Source: a virus. Taken from it: 64,000 nucleotides of DNA. The stretch spans positions 96,001 to 160,000 of IMG/VR virus record IMGVR_UViG_3300025137_000014. One strand, given 5' to 3'. Position 1 is the first letter of the stretch. Every line of letters starts with the position of its first letter. The position numbers were made by a program, and so were the translations under genes. Shown here piece by piece: positions 10,177 to 19,791 of the stretch. Under the pieces are notes generated by a model. That model was not told where the DNA came from and searched no databases. It saw only the letters and a program-made list of their open reading frames with translations.

Positions 10177-10205
10177 TTGACTTTGATTCCAAAGATAAGT
10201 ATAAT
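10177..10205 (+). promoter_or_regulatory. sigma70-type promoter for gene 32
   Basis: TTGACT-17-TATAAT. Confidence 0.85.
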
Positions 10206-10291
10206 AGTAAACATGTTTAAGAGTAAACTGTTTGCACTTAGGCTAATACAACAAACAAAAACTAATACAGGCTAATATAGGAGAATATAAT

Positions 10292-11317
10292 ATGGCTACA
10301 CTAGCAGAAATCCGTGCAAAACTTCTTGCACAAGATTCAAAATCGGCAGATAATGCCAACGCAAATAGAGGCTCAGATGCCATCTATCCGTTCTGGAACA
10401 TGGACACTGATTCAACATCAGTAATTCGTTTTCTTCCAGACTCAGACAACTCAAATACTTTTTTCTGGCGTGAAAGACAAATCATCAAGATGCCTTTTCC
10501 AGGTGTCAAAGATGGTGATGAGTCAAAACCAGTGACAGTTCAAGTTCCATGTATCGAAATGTGGGGTGATACTTGTCCAGTACACGCAGAAATTCGTCCT
10601 TGGTTCAAAGATCCAGCAATGGAAGACATTGGACGTAAGTATTGGAAGAAACGTTCATACATCTTTCAAGGTTTCGTAGTAACGGATCCGATGAATGAAC
10701 AAGCTCCTGAGAATCCAATTCGTAGATTCGTAATTGGGCCACAAATCTTCAAACTATTGAAGTCGGCTCTTATGGATCCAGATATGGAAAATCTTCCAAC
10801 TGATTATGATGCAGGTACAGACTTCCGTCTTACTAAAACTCAAAAAGGTCAGTACGCAGACTATTCAACTTCTAATTGGGCACGTAAAGAACGTTCTCTA
10901 AATGAAGAAGAACGTCAGGCAGTAGAAACTCATGGTCTTTATAACCTAAATGATTTCATGCCAAAGCGTCCTAATGATGAAGAAGTTCGTATCATTATGG
11001 AAATGTTTGAAGCGTCAGTTGATGGGCATCTTTATGACCCAGAAAAATGGGGTTCTTACTACAAACCATATGGATTGGATGTTGGTAATACTAAGCCAGC
11101 AACATCGGCACCTACTGCACCAGCAGTTACACCGAACGTTGTTACTGAGGCTCCGGTAGCACAAAATTCAACTCCAGCTGAAACATCGGCTCCTGCTCCA
11201 AAGGCAGTAGCAACACCTCAACCAGCAATGGCAGAGGCGGGTGCACCAGCAAGTGGTGGTCAGGGAACTGATGCCGCTGATATCCTGAAAATGATTAGAA
11301 GTCGTAAGGCAGACTAA
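10292..11317 (+). CDS. single-stranded DNA-binding protein (T4 gp32-like)
   Basis: IRFLPD, CIEMWGDTCPV, YWKKRSY, GTDFRLTK, YADYSTS motifs and Pro/Ala linker. Confidence 0.9.
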   Translation: MATLAEIRAKLLAQDSKSADNANANRGSDAIYPFWNMDTDSTSVIRFLPDSDNSNTFFWRERQIIKMPFPGVKDGDESKPVTVQVPCIEMWGDTCPVHAEIRPWFKDPAMEDIGRKYWKKRSYIFQGFVVTDPMNEQAPENPIRRFVIGPQIFKLLKSALMDPDMENLPTDYDAGTDFRLTKTQKGQYADYSTSNWARKERSLNEEERQAVETHGLYNLNDFMPKRPNDEEVRIIMEMFEASVDGHLYDPEKWGSYYKPYGLDVGNTKPATSAPTAPAVTPNVVTEAPVAQNSTPAETSAPAPKAVATPQPAMAEAGAPASGGQGTDAADILKMIRSRKAD

Positions 11318-11331
11318 TTGTTAACTAAAAC

Positions 11332-11353
11332 GAGGGAGGCTTCGGTCTCCCTC
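11332..11353 (+). other. stable cUUCGg hairpin between gene 32 and uvsX
   Basis: gagggaggc-TTCG-gtctccctc with no downstream T tract; stabiliser or weak terminator. Confidence 0.7.
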
Positions 11354-11375
11354 ATAATATCGAACGGAGAAGAAT

Positions 11376-12467
11376 ATGCCAAGAGCATTTGATGTAAGTA
11401 AATTTAGAAAAAGTATTACAAAAGCGGTACCAGGCGTAAGTGCTGGTTTTCGTGATCCTGATACTTGGATTTCAACAGGTAACTACTGTCTAAACAAGTT
11501 AATTAGTGGAGACTTTCATAAAGGTGTTCCATTAGGTAAAGTAACAGTATTTGCAGGCGAGAGTGGTGCAGGTAAATCCTACATTGCCGCAGGTAATATT
11601 GTTAAAAATGCACAAGACCAAGGTATCTTTGTAGTTCTTATTGATAGTGAAAATGCACTAGATGAGAAATGGCTACATGCATTAAAAGTAGATACAACAG
11701 AAGATAAACTATTAAAACTAAACGTAGCAATGATTGACGATGTTGCTAAAATCATTAATGACTTTATGAAAGATTATAAGGCAGAATATGCCGATAAAGA
11801 CGAAGTAGAGCGTCCTAAAGTTTTATTTGTCATTGATAGTTTAGGAATGATGTTAACACCAACAGATGTTGACCAGTTTCAAAAAGGTGATATGAAAGGT
11901 GATATGGGACGTAAACCTAAAGCACTTGCATCACTAGTACGTAACTCAGTTAATATGTTTGGTGACTACAATGTAGGACTAGTAGCAACTAATCATACAT
12001 ATGCATCACAAGATATGTTTGACCCTGATGATAAGATTTCAGGTGGTCAAGGTTTCATCTATGCTTCAAGTATTGTTGTAGCAATGAAGAAATTAAAACT
12101 AAAAGTTGATGAAGACGGTGTAAAAACATCTAAAGTACATGGCATTAGAGCGGCATGTAAAGTAATGAAAACTAGATACTCAAAACCATTTGAAGGAGTA
12201 CAAGTAGAAATTCCTTATAAAACAGGAATGAGTCCTTATAGTGGTCTAGTAGATTTCTTTGAAGCAAAAGGAATCTTAGTTAAGTCAGGCAATAAGTTGG
12301 CTTACACAACTAAGTCAGGTGATATTATGTCAGAATTCAGAAAGAATTGGACAGATGAAAAACTTGAAGTAGTAATGAACGAGTGGAATCATAGAGATTT
12401 TGATGATGAATCAGAAGAACTTGAAGTTCCAGAAGATAATAAAGTAGAAGTAACTGAGGAAGTATAA
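11376..12467 (+). CDS. uvsX: RecA-like recombinase
   Basis: AGESGAGKS Walker A, IDSENALD, VIDSLG, SGGQGFIYASS. Confidence 0.92.
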   Translation: MPRAFDVSKFRKSITKAVPGVSAGFRDPDTWISTGNYCLNKLISGDFHKGVPLGKVTVFAGESGAGKSYIAAGNIVKNAQDQGIFVVLIDSENALDEKWLHALKVDTTEDKLLKLNVAMIDDVAKIINDFMKDYKAEYADKDEVERPKVLFVIDSLGMMLTPTDVDQFQKGDMKGDMGRKPKALASLVRNSVNMFGDYNVGLVATNHTYASQDMFDPDDKISGGQGFIYASSIVVAMKKLKLKVDEDGVKTSKVHGIRAACKVMKTRYSKPFEGVQVEIPYKTGMSPYSGLVDFFEAKGILVKSGNKLAYTTKSGDIMSEFRKNWTDEKLEVVMNEWNHRDFDDESEELEVPEDNKVEVTEEV

Positions 12468-12913
12468 TGAGTAAATATTTTTCGACTAAACGCTATGGGC
12501 ATAACATTGGACTAAGTGCAGTGTTTAGACAACCTTTAGCACACTCACATTGTAAATTACTGCACGGATATAGTTTAGCTTTTAAATTCACATTTGGTTG
12601 TGATGAATTAGATGAACGTAATTGGGTAGTTGATTTTGGTGGACTTAAACCTCTGAAAGCATGGCTTGAAGATACGTTTGACCACAAAGTTGTAATTGAT
12701 GTAAATGATTCTAAAAAAGATGATTTACTATTACTTGAGACTAAAGGTCTAGCAAGTGTTGTACAACTAGATGGTGTGGGGGTTGAAAAATTCTCAGAAC
12801 ACGCATGGCGTTTTGCTGATAAACTTGTCAGAGAAATGTCAGATAATAGGTGTTACTGTGTTAGTGCCGAATGTGCAGAGCATGGCGCTAACTCAGCCAT
12901 CTATGAGGTGTAG
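12467..12913 (+). CDS. queD: 6-carboxytetrahydropterin synthase (QueD/PTPS family)
   Basis: HSHCKLLHGY, WVVDFGGLK, FDHK, CAEHGANSA. Confidence 0.85.
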   Translation: MSKYFSTKRYGHNIGLSAVFRQPLAHSHCKLLHGYSLAFKFTFGCDELDERNWVVDFGGLKPLKAWLEDTFDHKVVIDVNDSKKDDLLLLETKGLASVVQLDGVGVEKFSEHAWRFADKLVREMSDNRCYCVSAECAEHGANSAIYEV

Positions 12914-12919
12914 TGTGTA

Positions 12920-13144
12920 ATGGCGACAGTTGAGTTAGAAACAGTATTTGAGTTATGGGATAAGGTAAAAGGTTTTATTCCAGCAAAAGATAAATTAGAA
13001 GCGGCAGAAACATTTGTAAAAGTTTGTGATGATAGTGGTATCGAACAACATGAGATAGATGAATATGCCGAAAACGACAAGATACTTGAAACGGCAGTAG
13101 ATAGATATTTTGATGAGTTTGAGGAAGAAGAGGAAGACTGGTAA
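12920..13144 (+). CDS. acidic hypothetical protein
   Basis: 74 aa ORF in operon, TAATG overlap with next gene. Confidence 0.7.
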   Translation: MATVELETVFELWDKVKGFIPAKDKLEAAETFVKVCDDSGIEQHEIDEYAENDKILETAVDRYFDEFEEEEEDW

Positions 13145-13614
13145 TGGAAAATTGGTATAATAAGGTAGTTAAGGATTGGGGTAAAATTCCTGATTGTGTT
13201 GACTATTTTACCAATGAAGTAGCAGAAGCAAGGAAAGAAGTTAGAATATATGGTAACGTAGAAAAGAATGCTACAAATTTACCATCATATGTAGAATTGC
13301 GTTTTGCTCAATTACAAGAATTAGAAGCTATCCTAGAACACTTAAATATACAACTTAGAAAGAAACGTAGTGAGTATTTAAGAAAATATTTAGAAAACTA
13401 TAACAAGGCACTTAGTTCACGTGATGCAGAAAAGTATGCAGACGGTGAGGCAGAGATTGTAGCTATAAGTGAATTAATCAATCAAGTAGCATACACTCGT
13501 AATCAGTATTTAGGTATAACGAAAGGTTTTGAAATAAAACACTTTCAATTAACAAATATAATTAAGTTACGAGTAGCAGGAATGGAAGACGCGGAAATAA
13601 ACAACAGACATTAA
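13144..13614 (+). CDS. uvsY: recombination mediator protein
   Basis: Helical protein with YLENYNKALSSRDAEKYADGE, downstream of uvsX. Confidence 0.8.
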   Translation: MENWYNKVVKDWGKIPDCVDYFTNEVAEARKEVRIYGNVEKNATNLPSYVELRFAQLQELEAILEHLNIQLRKKRSEYLRKYLENYNKALSSRDAEKYADGEAEIVAISELINQVAYTRNQYLGITKGFEIKHFQLTNIIKLRVAGMEDAEINNRH

Positions 13615-13660
13615 TAAACATTGGGAATGAGTAAATACATTACCAGCAAGAGAGACAGAC

Positions 13661-15973
13661 ATGAGCGAAATAAAAGTAATTAAAAGAGACGGCACTCCAG
13701 AGCCATTGGACCTGGAAAAAATGCACAAAGTTGTGATGTTTGCATGTAAAGACATTGCAAATGTCAGTGCAAGTGAAGTGGAACTAAAATCACATATTCA
13801 ATTTTACGATGGTATAAGAAGTGAAGAAGTACAAGAAACACTAATTAAAGCCGCCGCTGATTTAATTTCAGAAGAAACACCTAATTATCAATGGGTTGCT
13901 GGTAATCTAGTAAATTACCATTTGAGAAAAATGGTGTATGACAGTTTTGACCCATGGCATATTAGAGATATTATCAAACTTAATACTAAAAATGGTTTTT
14001 ATGATCCGGCATTACTTAAGGATTACTCAAAAAAAGAATGGGATGAAATTAATAGTTTTATCAAACATGATAGAGATTTTAATATTGCATATGTTGGTAT
14101 GGAACAATTTCGTGGAAAATATTTAGTACAAAATCGGGTAACTAATAAACATTTTGAAACACCACAAGTTGCATATGTTCTGATTGCCGCATCTTTATTT
14201 GGCAATTATCCAAAAGAAACAAGATTGAAATATGTCAAAGAATACTATGATGGAATTAGTAATTTTGACATATCTCTACCTACACCTGTTATGGCTGGCG
14301 TAAGAACCCCACAAAGACAGTTTTCATCCTGTGTTTTGATTGAGACAGACGACTCACTTGATTCTATAAATGCTACCTCAAGTTCAGTAGTCAAATATGT
14401 TTCTCAAAAAGCAGGCATCGGTATTGGTGCTGGTAGCATACGTGCTATCAATTCACCGATACGTAATGGTGATGCAAGTCATACAGGTGTTATTCCTTTT
14501 TATAAACTATTTCAGGCAAGTGTAAAATCATGTTCACAAGGTGGTGTGCGTGGTGGAGCCGCAACTTTATATTATCCAATTTGGCATTTAGAAGCAGAAG
14601 ACTTATTAGTTCTAAAAAACAATAAAGGCACGGAAGATAATCGTGTTAGACATATGGATTATGGCGTACAGTTTAATAAACTTATGTATGAGCGTCTTTT
14701 GTCAGGTGGTAACATTTCGTTATTTTCACCTTCTGATGTTCCGGGTTTATATGATGCATTCTTTAGTGACCAAGATAAATTTAAAGAATTATATGAACGA
14801 GCGGAACGTAATACAAGATTACGTAAGAAATCTATTCCAGCTATTGACTTATTCTCTATGTTTATGAACGAGAGAAAGAACACAGGTCGTATATATTTAA
14901 TGAATGTTGACCATGCAAATGACCACAGTGCATTTGTTACAAAAGATGCACCAATTAGACAGTCAAACTTATGTTGTGAAATTAACTTACCCACAAAACC
15001 TTTAAAACATATGCACGATGAGGAGGGCGAGATTGCTCTTTGTACTCTTAGTGCGATTAATTGGGGCAATATTAAAGCACCAGAAGACTTTGCAAAACCA
15101 TGTGAACTAGCAGTACGTGGACTAGATGCTCTATTAGATTATCAGAGATATCCTGTTTTAGCGGCTGAGATTTCAACTAATAATAGAAGACCTCTTGGTG
15201 TTGGTATTATTAACTTTGCTTATTGGTTAGCTAAGAATGATACATCTTATACTAATCCTAATTTAAAATTAGTTGATGAATGGGCAGAGGCTTGGTCATA
15301 TTATCTTATTAAATCATCAAATATCTTAGCACAAGAAAAAGGTGCATGTCCATTATCTAACGAGACAAAGTATGGTAACGGACTTTTACCAATAGATACA
15401 TATAAACCTGAGGTTGATGAATTAGTTAAAAGAAAATATACTCAAGATTGGGCTTCACTAAGAAAAGATTTAAAAGAACATGGTATTCGTAATTCAACTC
15501 TAATGGCACTTATGCCGGCTGAAACATCAGCACAAATATCGAATTCAACCAATGGTATTGAACCACCAAGAAGTTATGTAAGTATTAAACAATCAAAACA
15601 TGGTGTGTTAAAGCAAGTCGTACCTGGTATTCATAAGCTAAAGAACAAGTACGAACTACTATGGGACCAACAATCTCCTGAAGGATATTTGAAAATTATG
15701 GCAGTATTACAGAAGTATATCGACCAAGGTATATCAGTTAACACTTCATATAACCCTATATTCTTTGATGATGAAAAGATCCCAATGTCAGTAATGCTAC
15801 AACATCTTATTATGTTTTACAAATACGGTGGTAAGCAACTTTATTACTTTAATACATTTGACGGACAAGGTGAAATTGATGTAAGCAAAGATATTCCAGA
15901 TGATTTGAAAGAAAGGGATGAGTTTGACAGCGATTTAGAATATGAGGAATATTGTGATAGTTGTGCCATCTAA
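13661..15973 (+). CDS. nrdA: ribonucleoside-diphosphate reductase class Ia alpha subunit with ATP cone
   Basis: VIKRDG ATP cone, SLPTP, QFSSC, SNLCCEI, MPAETSA, C-terminal CDSC; no intein-sized insertion. Confidence 0.97.
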   Translation: MSEIKVIKRDGTPEPLDLEKMHKVVMFACKDIANVSASEVELKSHIQFYDGIRSEEVQETLIKAAADLISEETPNYQWVAGNLVNYHLRKMVYDSFDPWHIRDIIKLNTKNGFYDPALLKDYSKKEWDEINSFIKHDRDFNIAYVGMEQFRGKYLVQNRVTNKHFETPQVAYVLIAASLFGNYPKETRLKYVKEYYDGISNFDISLPTPVMAGVRTPQRQFSSCVLIETDDSLDSINATSSSVVKYVSQKAGIGIGAGSIRAINSPIRNGDASHTGVIPFYKLFQASVKSCSQGGVRGGAATLYYPIWHLEAEDLLVLKNNKGTEDNRVRHMDYGVQFNKLMYERLLSGGNISLFSPSDVPGLYDAFFSDQDKFKELYERAERNTRLRKKSIPAIDLFSMFMNERKNTGRIYLMNVDHANDHSAFVTKDAPIRQSNLCCEINLPTKPLKHMHDEEGEIALCTLSAINWGNIKAPEDFAKPCELAVRGLDALLDYQRYPVLAAEISTNNRRPLGVGIINFAYWLAKNDTSYTNPNLKLVDEWAEAWSYYLIKSSNILAQEKGACPLSNETKYGNGLLPIDTYKPEVDELVKRKYTQDWASLRKDLKEHGIRNSTLMALMPAETSAQISNSTNGIEPPRSYVSIKQSKHGVLKQVVPGIHKLKNKYELLWDQQSPEGYLKIMAVLQKYIDQGISVNTSYNPIFFDDEKIPMSVMLQHLIMFYKYGGKQLYYFNTFDGQGEIDVSKDIPDDLKERDEFDSDLEYEEYCDSCAI

Positions 15974-16028
15974 ACAAAAGAAAAAAGATAAATATCAGAT
16001 TAAAAGCAAAGAAAGTAGAGAGATATAA

Positions 16029-17159
16029 ATGTCAGTATTCAATTCAGAAAACAAACAAGACCATACAAAAGCATTAGCTTTTTTAGACCCATCAGGCGGA
16101 GTAGCAATTCAACGTTTTGATATGTTAAAATATAAACAGTTTGACAAACTTACTGACAAACAATTAGGGTTCTTTTGGCGTCCAGAAGAAGTAGATGTGA
16201 CTAAAGATAGCAATGACTTTAAAAACTTAACAGAACATGAACGTCATATCTTTACGTCAAATTTAAAGAGACAGATTCTTTTAGATTCTGTACAAGGTCG
16301 TGCACCAGTAGAAGCATTTGGACCATTAGTGTCTATTCCAGAATTAGAAGCATGGATACAAACTTGGACATTTAGTGAAACAATTCATTCACGTTCATAT
16401 ACACATATCATTCGTAATGTCTATTCAGACCCATCAAAAGTATTTGATGAAATGATGGATATTAATGAAATCATGGATTGTGCAGATGATATTTCTAAAA
16501 ATTATGATGAACTAATTGAAATGACAGGTTTTTATAACTTGTTAGGTGAAGGCAAGCATACAGTCAATAGCAAGAAAATAGATATTAGTAAGTATGAAAT
16601 TAAAAAATCTCTATATAAAACACTTATGAGTGTTAACATTTTAGAAGGTGTTCGTTTCTATGTGTCATTTGCATGTAGTTGGGCATTCGCTGAATTAAAG
16701 AAAATGGAAGGCAATGCTAAAATCATTAAGCTGATTGCACGTGATGAAAATTTACACTTAGCAAGTACACAAACACTTCTAAAACTTCTACCAAAAGATG
16801 ACCCAGATTTTATTAAAATTGCAAAAGAAACAGAAAAAGAATGTATTCAAATGTTTGTTGATGCAGTAGAACAAGAAAAAGAATGGGCAGAATATCTTTT
16901 CAAAGACGGTTCAATGATTGGTCTAAACGCAAAATTGTTAGATGATTACATTGAGTGGATTTGTTGTAAACGTATGACCGCAGTTGGATTAAAATGTCCA
17001 TACAAAACGTCACAAGCTAACCCGTTACCTTGGACACAAAAGTGGATTGCAGGTGCAGACGTACAAGTTGCACCACAAGAAACAGAAATTTCATCTTATG
17101 TTATTGGCGGCGTTAAGCAAGACGTTGACAAAGAAACATTTGGTGGCATGTCGCTCTAG
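16029..17159 (+). CDS. nrdB: ribonucleoside-diphosphate reductase class Ia beta subunit
   Basis: FFWRPEEV, ETIHSRSY, EGVRFYVSF, DENLH, APQETEISSY. Confidence 0.97.
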   Translation: MSVFNSENKQDHTKALAFLDPSGGVAIQRFDMLKYKQFDKLTDKQLGFFWRPEEVDVTKDSNDFKNLTEHERHIFTSNLKRQILLDSVQGRAPVEAFGPLVSIPELEAWIQTWTFSETIHSRSYTHIIRNVYSDPSKVFDEMMDINEIMDCADDISKNYDELIEMTGFYNLLGEGKHTVNSKKIDISKYEIKKSLYKTLMSVNILEGVRFYVSFACSWAFAELKKMEGNAKIIKLIARDENLHLASTQTLLKLLPKDDPDFIKIAKETEKECIQMFVDAVEQEKEWAEYLFKDGSMIGLNAKLLDDYIEWICCKRMTAVGLKCPYKTSQANPLPWTQKWIAGADVQVAPQETEISSYVIGGVKQDVDKETFGGMSL

Positions 17160-17413
17160 TGATTGATACAAATTCAATAGGTGATATTGTATATGATGTC
17201 GAAGACCATGTAGCAATAACACCGAATACTAATGCTGATTATTGCTTAGTACCAAAGGTTGTAGAACAAAACGTTATCTTAAAACTACAAAAGATAATGA
17301 TGGATATTGGCAACCATAATGTTGAAAAAGATAACTGTCAAAGTTATGAAGTGACAATGAGATTTATAAACAATCATCCTGTAGTGGAAATGTTTCTTAA
17401 CAAAGAGGACTAA
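17159..17413 (+). CDS. hypothetical protein
   Basis: 84 aa, GTG start overlapping the nrdB stop; no CxxC motif. Confidence 0.55.
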   Translation: MIDTNSIGDIVYDVEDHVAITPNTNADYCLVPKVVEQNVILKLQKIMMDIGNHNVEKDNCQSYEVTMRFINNHPVVEMFLNKED

Positions 17414-18070
17414 ATGACTGAATTTACGGAAGAATGGATTAGACTTAATAATTTTAAATTTGCTATGACTAATGAAGTAGCAAGATTACCAGAAACTGAA
17501 CTAGATAGAAAGCTAATAGACAGACAATTACCACCATTTATACAGAATTCTTATCCAGATAAGAAAGATATCAATATACTTGATATTGGTTGTAACGAAG
17601 GTTATGCTATGGAAAAATTTTCCGAGTTGGGGTATACCAACGTTCAGGGAATTACTATTGAAAAAGAAGAATGGGATAAGTGTAAAGCAAAAGACTTAAC
17701 AGTACATCTTATGGATTATAACTTTAATCAGGTTATGAACAACTATTTTCATATGGTATGGATGCGACAATCATTGCAGTTTTCTCATATGCCTTTTTAT
17801 ACTATGTTAGAACTCAATAGAATTATGAAAATCAATGGTTGGGCTTATATAGAGGTACCTCATTCAGCAAATCAACACAAATATTATGCTACATTGCACC
17901 CAGATAACTATAGATTGTTTATGATTCGTGCAGGATTTGAAGTCGTACAATATGATTCGTATGAACTATCTGCTGGTGATGAGAAAGAAAATCATGTATT
18001 CTTTGCATTGAATAAAAGAAGAAATGTAACATTACCTGATGCTACTTCTGAGACAACCTCAGACAAATAA
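17414..18070 (+). CDS. class I SAM-dependent methyltransferase
   Basis: ILDIGCNEG motif I, MRQSLQF, IMKINGWAYIEVP. Confidence 0.8.
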   Translation: MTEFTEEWIRLNNFKFAMTNEVARLPETELDRKLIDRQLPPFIQNSYPDKKDINILDIGCNEGYAMEKFSELGYTNVQGITIEKEEWDKCKAKDLTVHLMDYNFNQVMNNYFHMVWMRQSLQFSHMPFYTMLELNRIMKINGWAYIEVPHSANQHKYYATLHPDNYRLFMIRAGFEVVQYDSYELSAGDEKENHVFFALNKRRNVTLPDATSETTSDK

Positions 18071-18215
18071 GTACAAATCCCCACACAGAGCCTACAACAA
18101 TAACGCCTAGAATCATTCCTATTATCACAGAATATTGGTCTAAATTGTTTACAATATTTTCCATACGTTTATTTATGTTTAAATAGTCCAGTATTTCTGC
18201 GGCTTTTTCACGCAT
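18042..18215 (-). CDS. small membrane protein (57 aa)
   Basis: SD AAGGA before MREKAAEIL; one hydrophobic helix (VIIGMILGVIVVGSVWGFVLI); overlaps the methyltransferase 3' end. Confidence 0.4.
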   Translation of the reverse strand: MREKAAEILDYLNINKRMENIVNNLDQYSVIIGMILGVIVVGSVWGFVLICLRLSQK

Positions 18216-18224
18216 ATTTTTTCC

Positions 18225-18253
18225 TTGACATAACATGCAACTTATGATATTCT
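18225..18253 (+). promoter_or_regulatory. sigma70-type promoter
   Basis: TTGACA-17-TATTCT upstream of SD AAGGAGG and ORF 18279. Confidence 0.7.
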
Positions 18254-18278
18254 TATCCATAAGAAAAGGAGGTACTTT

Positions 18279-18581
18279 ATGTTTAATTGGTTAAACCGTA
18301 AAGATACATTAACACCTAAAGGAGAAATGATGAAAACATCAAAACAAGAAAAAATAATCAATGCTTTAAAAGATGGAGAAGCGTTGACAGAAGCTACTAT
18401 CAAAAATAGGTACGGAGTTGCAAATCCAAGAGCAACTATCAGTGCTTTGAGAATGAAAGGTTACGCCGTATATGCTAATAAAAGCAAACATGGTAAAACT
18501 GTATACAGATTAGGAGCTCCCCTAAGAAGGGTTGTAGCCGCTGGTTACAGAGCCTTAGCAGACGAAAAAGTGTTTGGGTAA
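18279..18581 (+). CDS. small winged-helix DNA-binding protein
   Basis: KIINALKDGEALT..IKNRYGVANPRATISALRMKGYAVY pattern. Confidence 0.6.
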   Translation: MFNWLNRKDTLTPKGEMMKTSKQEKIINALKDGEALTEATIKNRYGVANPRATISALRMKGYAVYANKSKHGKTVYRLGAPLRRVVAAGYRALADEKVFG

Positions 18582-18592
18582 AACATAATATA

Positions 18593-18745
18593 ATGCCCTG
18601 GCCTGATGAAGAAGCACCCGATTGGCCCGATTGTCACATTTGTGGACAATCACTTGACGAGTGCGATTGCATCTGGCCTGGGCAAAACAACCAACCAAAG
18701 ATGATTTATGACGAGAAAAATCAAAGTGAAATTCACAGACAATAA
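18593..18745 (+). CDS. possible 50-aa Cys-rich peptide missing from the ORF track
   Basis: MPWPDEEAPDWPDCHICGQSLDECDCIWPG...; CxxC and CxC; coincides with a predicted RNA structure. Confidence 0.35.
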   Translation: MPWPDEEAPDWPDCHICGQSLDECDCIWPGQNNQPKMIYDEKNQSEIHRQ

Positions 18746-18899
18746 AGAGTTTACAGAAGAAAAAGAAGGTTTAGGACTTAAAAAACTATTCAAATCTATC
18801 AATCCGCCCAAGGGAACTAAAGAAATTCGACTAGAATATACTAATAGAAAAGGTACAAAAATTGATAGATGGGCAAAAATGCCGAAAAAGAAAGACTAA
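18708..18899 (+). CDS. basic hypothetical protein
   Basis: 63 aa Lys-rich ORF ending before a promoter. Confidence 0.55.
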   Translation: MTRKIKVKFTDNKEFTEEKEGLGLKKLFKSINPPKGTKEIRLEYTNRKGTKIDRWAKMPKKKD

Positions 18900-18908
18900 A
18901 AGTGTCGA

Positions 18909-18952
18909 AAAACTTGACAATATAGCGATTCGTGTTATTATATATACATAAT
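18909..18952 (+). promoter_or_regulatory. early promoter, copy 1 of a 44-bp repeat
   Basis: TTGACA-16-TATTAT with TGn extended -10; near identical to 20419-20462. Confidence 0.85.
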
Positions 18953-18974
18953 CAAAAGAGAGGGACTAAATATT

Positions 18975-19397
18975 ATGGCCTATATATCAACTAACGAAGT
19001 TAAAGAAGTAAGAAAATCATTAAAAGAAAAGTTCGGTAAGAACATCAAATTTTCAGTAACACGTGACCATTACAGTGGCATTAGAGTTTCAATTATGGAA
19101 GGTGTTATGGACTTCTATAATGATGGTGACATGGATCATACTGACAAATATAACGGTAAAGTTCATAAGTTCGACGGTTATACTCAAGTAAATCATTATC
19201 ACACACATTTTTATGGTAAGTTTGCATCGTTGTTTGACGATATCAAAAGCATATGTCATACTGCTCCTGCTAATGCTGAAGGCGGTAGAGAATATTACGA
19301 TAACTCAGATGCCATGATTGACTACTTTGATACTGCATTTTATGTAAGCATCAATGTTGGTAAGTGGGATAAACCTTACATTCAAAAAGCGGCATAA
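18975..19397 (+). CDS. early phage protein (possibly LPD29-like)
   Basis: KFSVTRDHYSGIRVSI and DNSDAMIDYFD motifs; family name from recall only. Confidence 0.5.
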   Translation: MAYISTNEVKEVRKSLKEKFGKNIKFSVTRDHYSGIRVSIMEGVMDFYNDGDMDHTDKYNGKVHKFDGYTQVNHYHTHFYGKFASLFDDIKSICHTAPANAEGGREYYDNSDAMIDYFDTAFYVSINVGKWDKPYIQKAA

Positions 19398-19402
19398 TCC
19401 TA

Positions 19403-19543
19403 ATGTACGTAGTAAAGATAAAAGAGACTGGCGAAATTGTAGCATATTGTTCTGACTGGAATGATGCTCGTTCATATCTTGCTAGTAGTATAATCGATAA
19501 AGTAACATACATCATTGAAGAAGAAGTGGAAAATAAGAAATGA
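19403..19543 (+). CDS. 46-aa hypothetical protein missing from the ORF track
   Basis: MYVVKIKETGEIVAYCSDW...; ATGA overlap with ORF 19540. Confidence 0.65.
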   Translation: MYVVKIKETGEIVAYCSDWNDARSYLASSIIDKVTYIIEEEVENKK

Positions 19544-19791
19544 AAAACCAAACCTTGGAAGAAGCTGTTTCTAAAAATGTCCCTGTATATTTGGTATATA
19601 AGGAAGACACTAAAGAAATTTTAGAATGGTGGCCCTTTGGTGAAGCACTAGCACAGTCCAGTGCAAAAATGCGTAATAATATGCATGGACCTGATAGTCA
19701 TAATCATGCCAGTTGGAAAAAGTACGTAGTGATACGTGACCAACACAACCGGCATCTTAAAAACTTGGAAGAAATAGAACGGAGGTTGTAA
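19540..19791 (+). CDS. hypothetical protein
   Basis: 83 aa, coupled on both sides. Confidence 0.65.
   Translation: MKNQTLEEAVSKNVPVYLVYKEDTKEILEWWPFGEALAQSSAKMRNNMHGPDSHNHASWKKYVVIRDQHNRHLKNLEEIERRL

Noticed and set aside
11332-11353. UUCG hairpin as a strong intrinsic terminator
   Set aside because: No downstream U tract; more likely a stabilising hairpin allowing read-through to uvsX.
17159-17413. Expected glutaredoxin after nrdB
   Set aside because: No CxxC or thioredoxin-fold motif; left as hypothetical.
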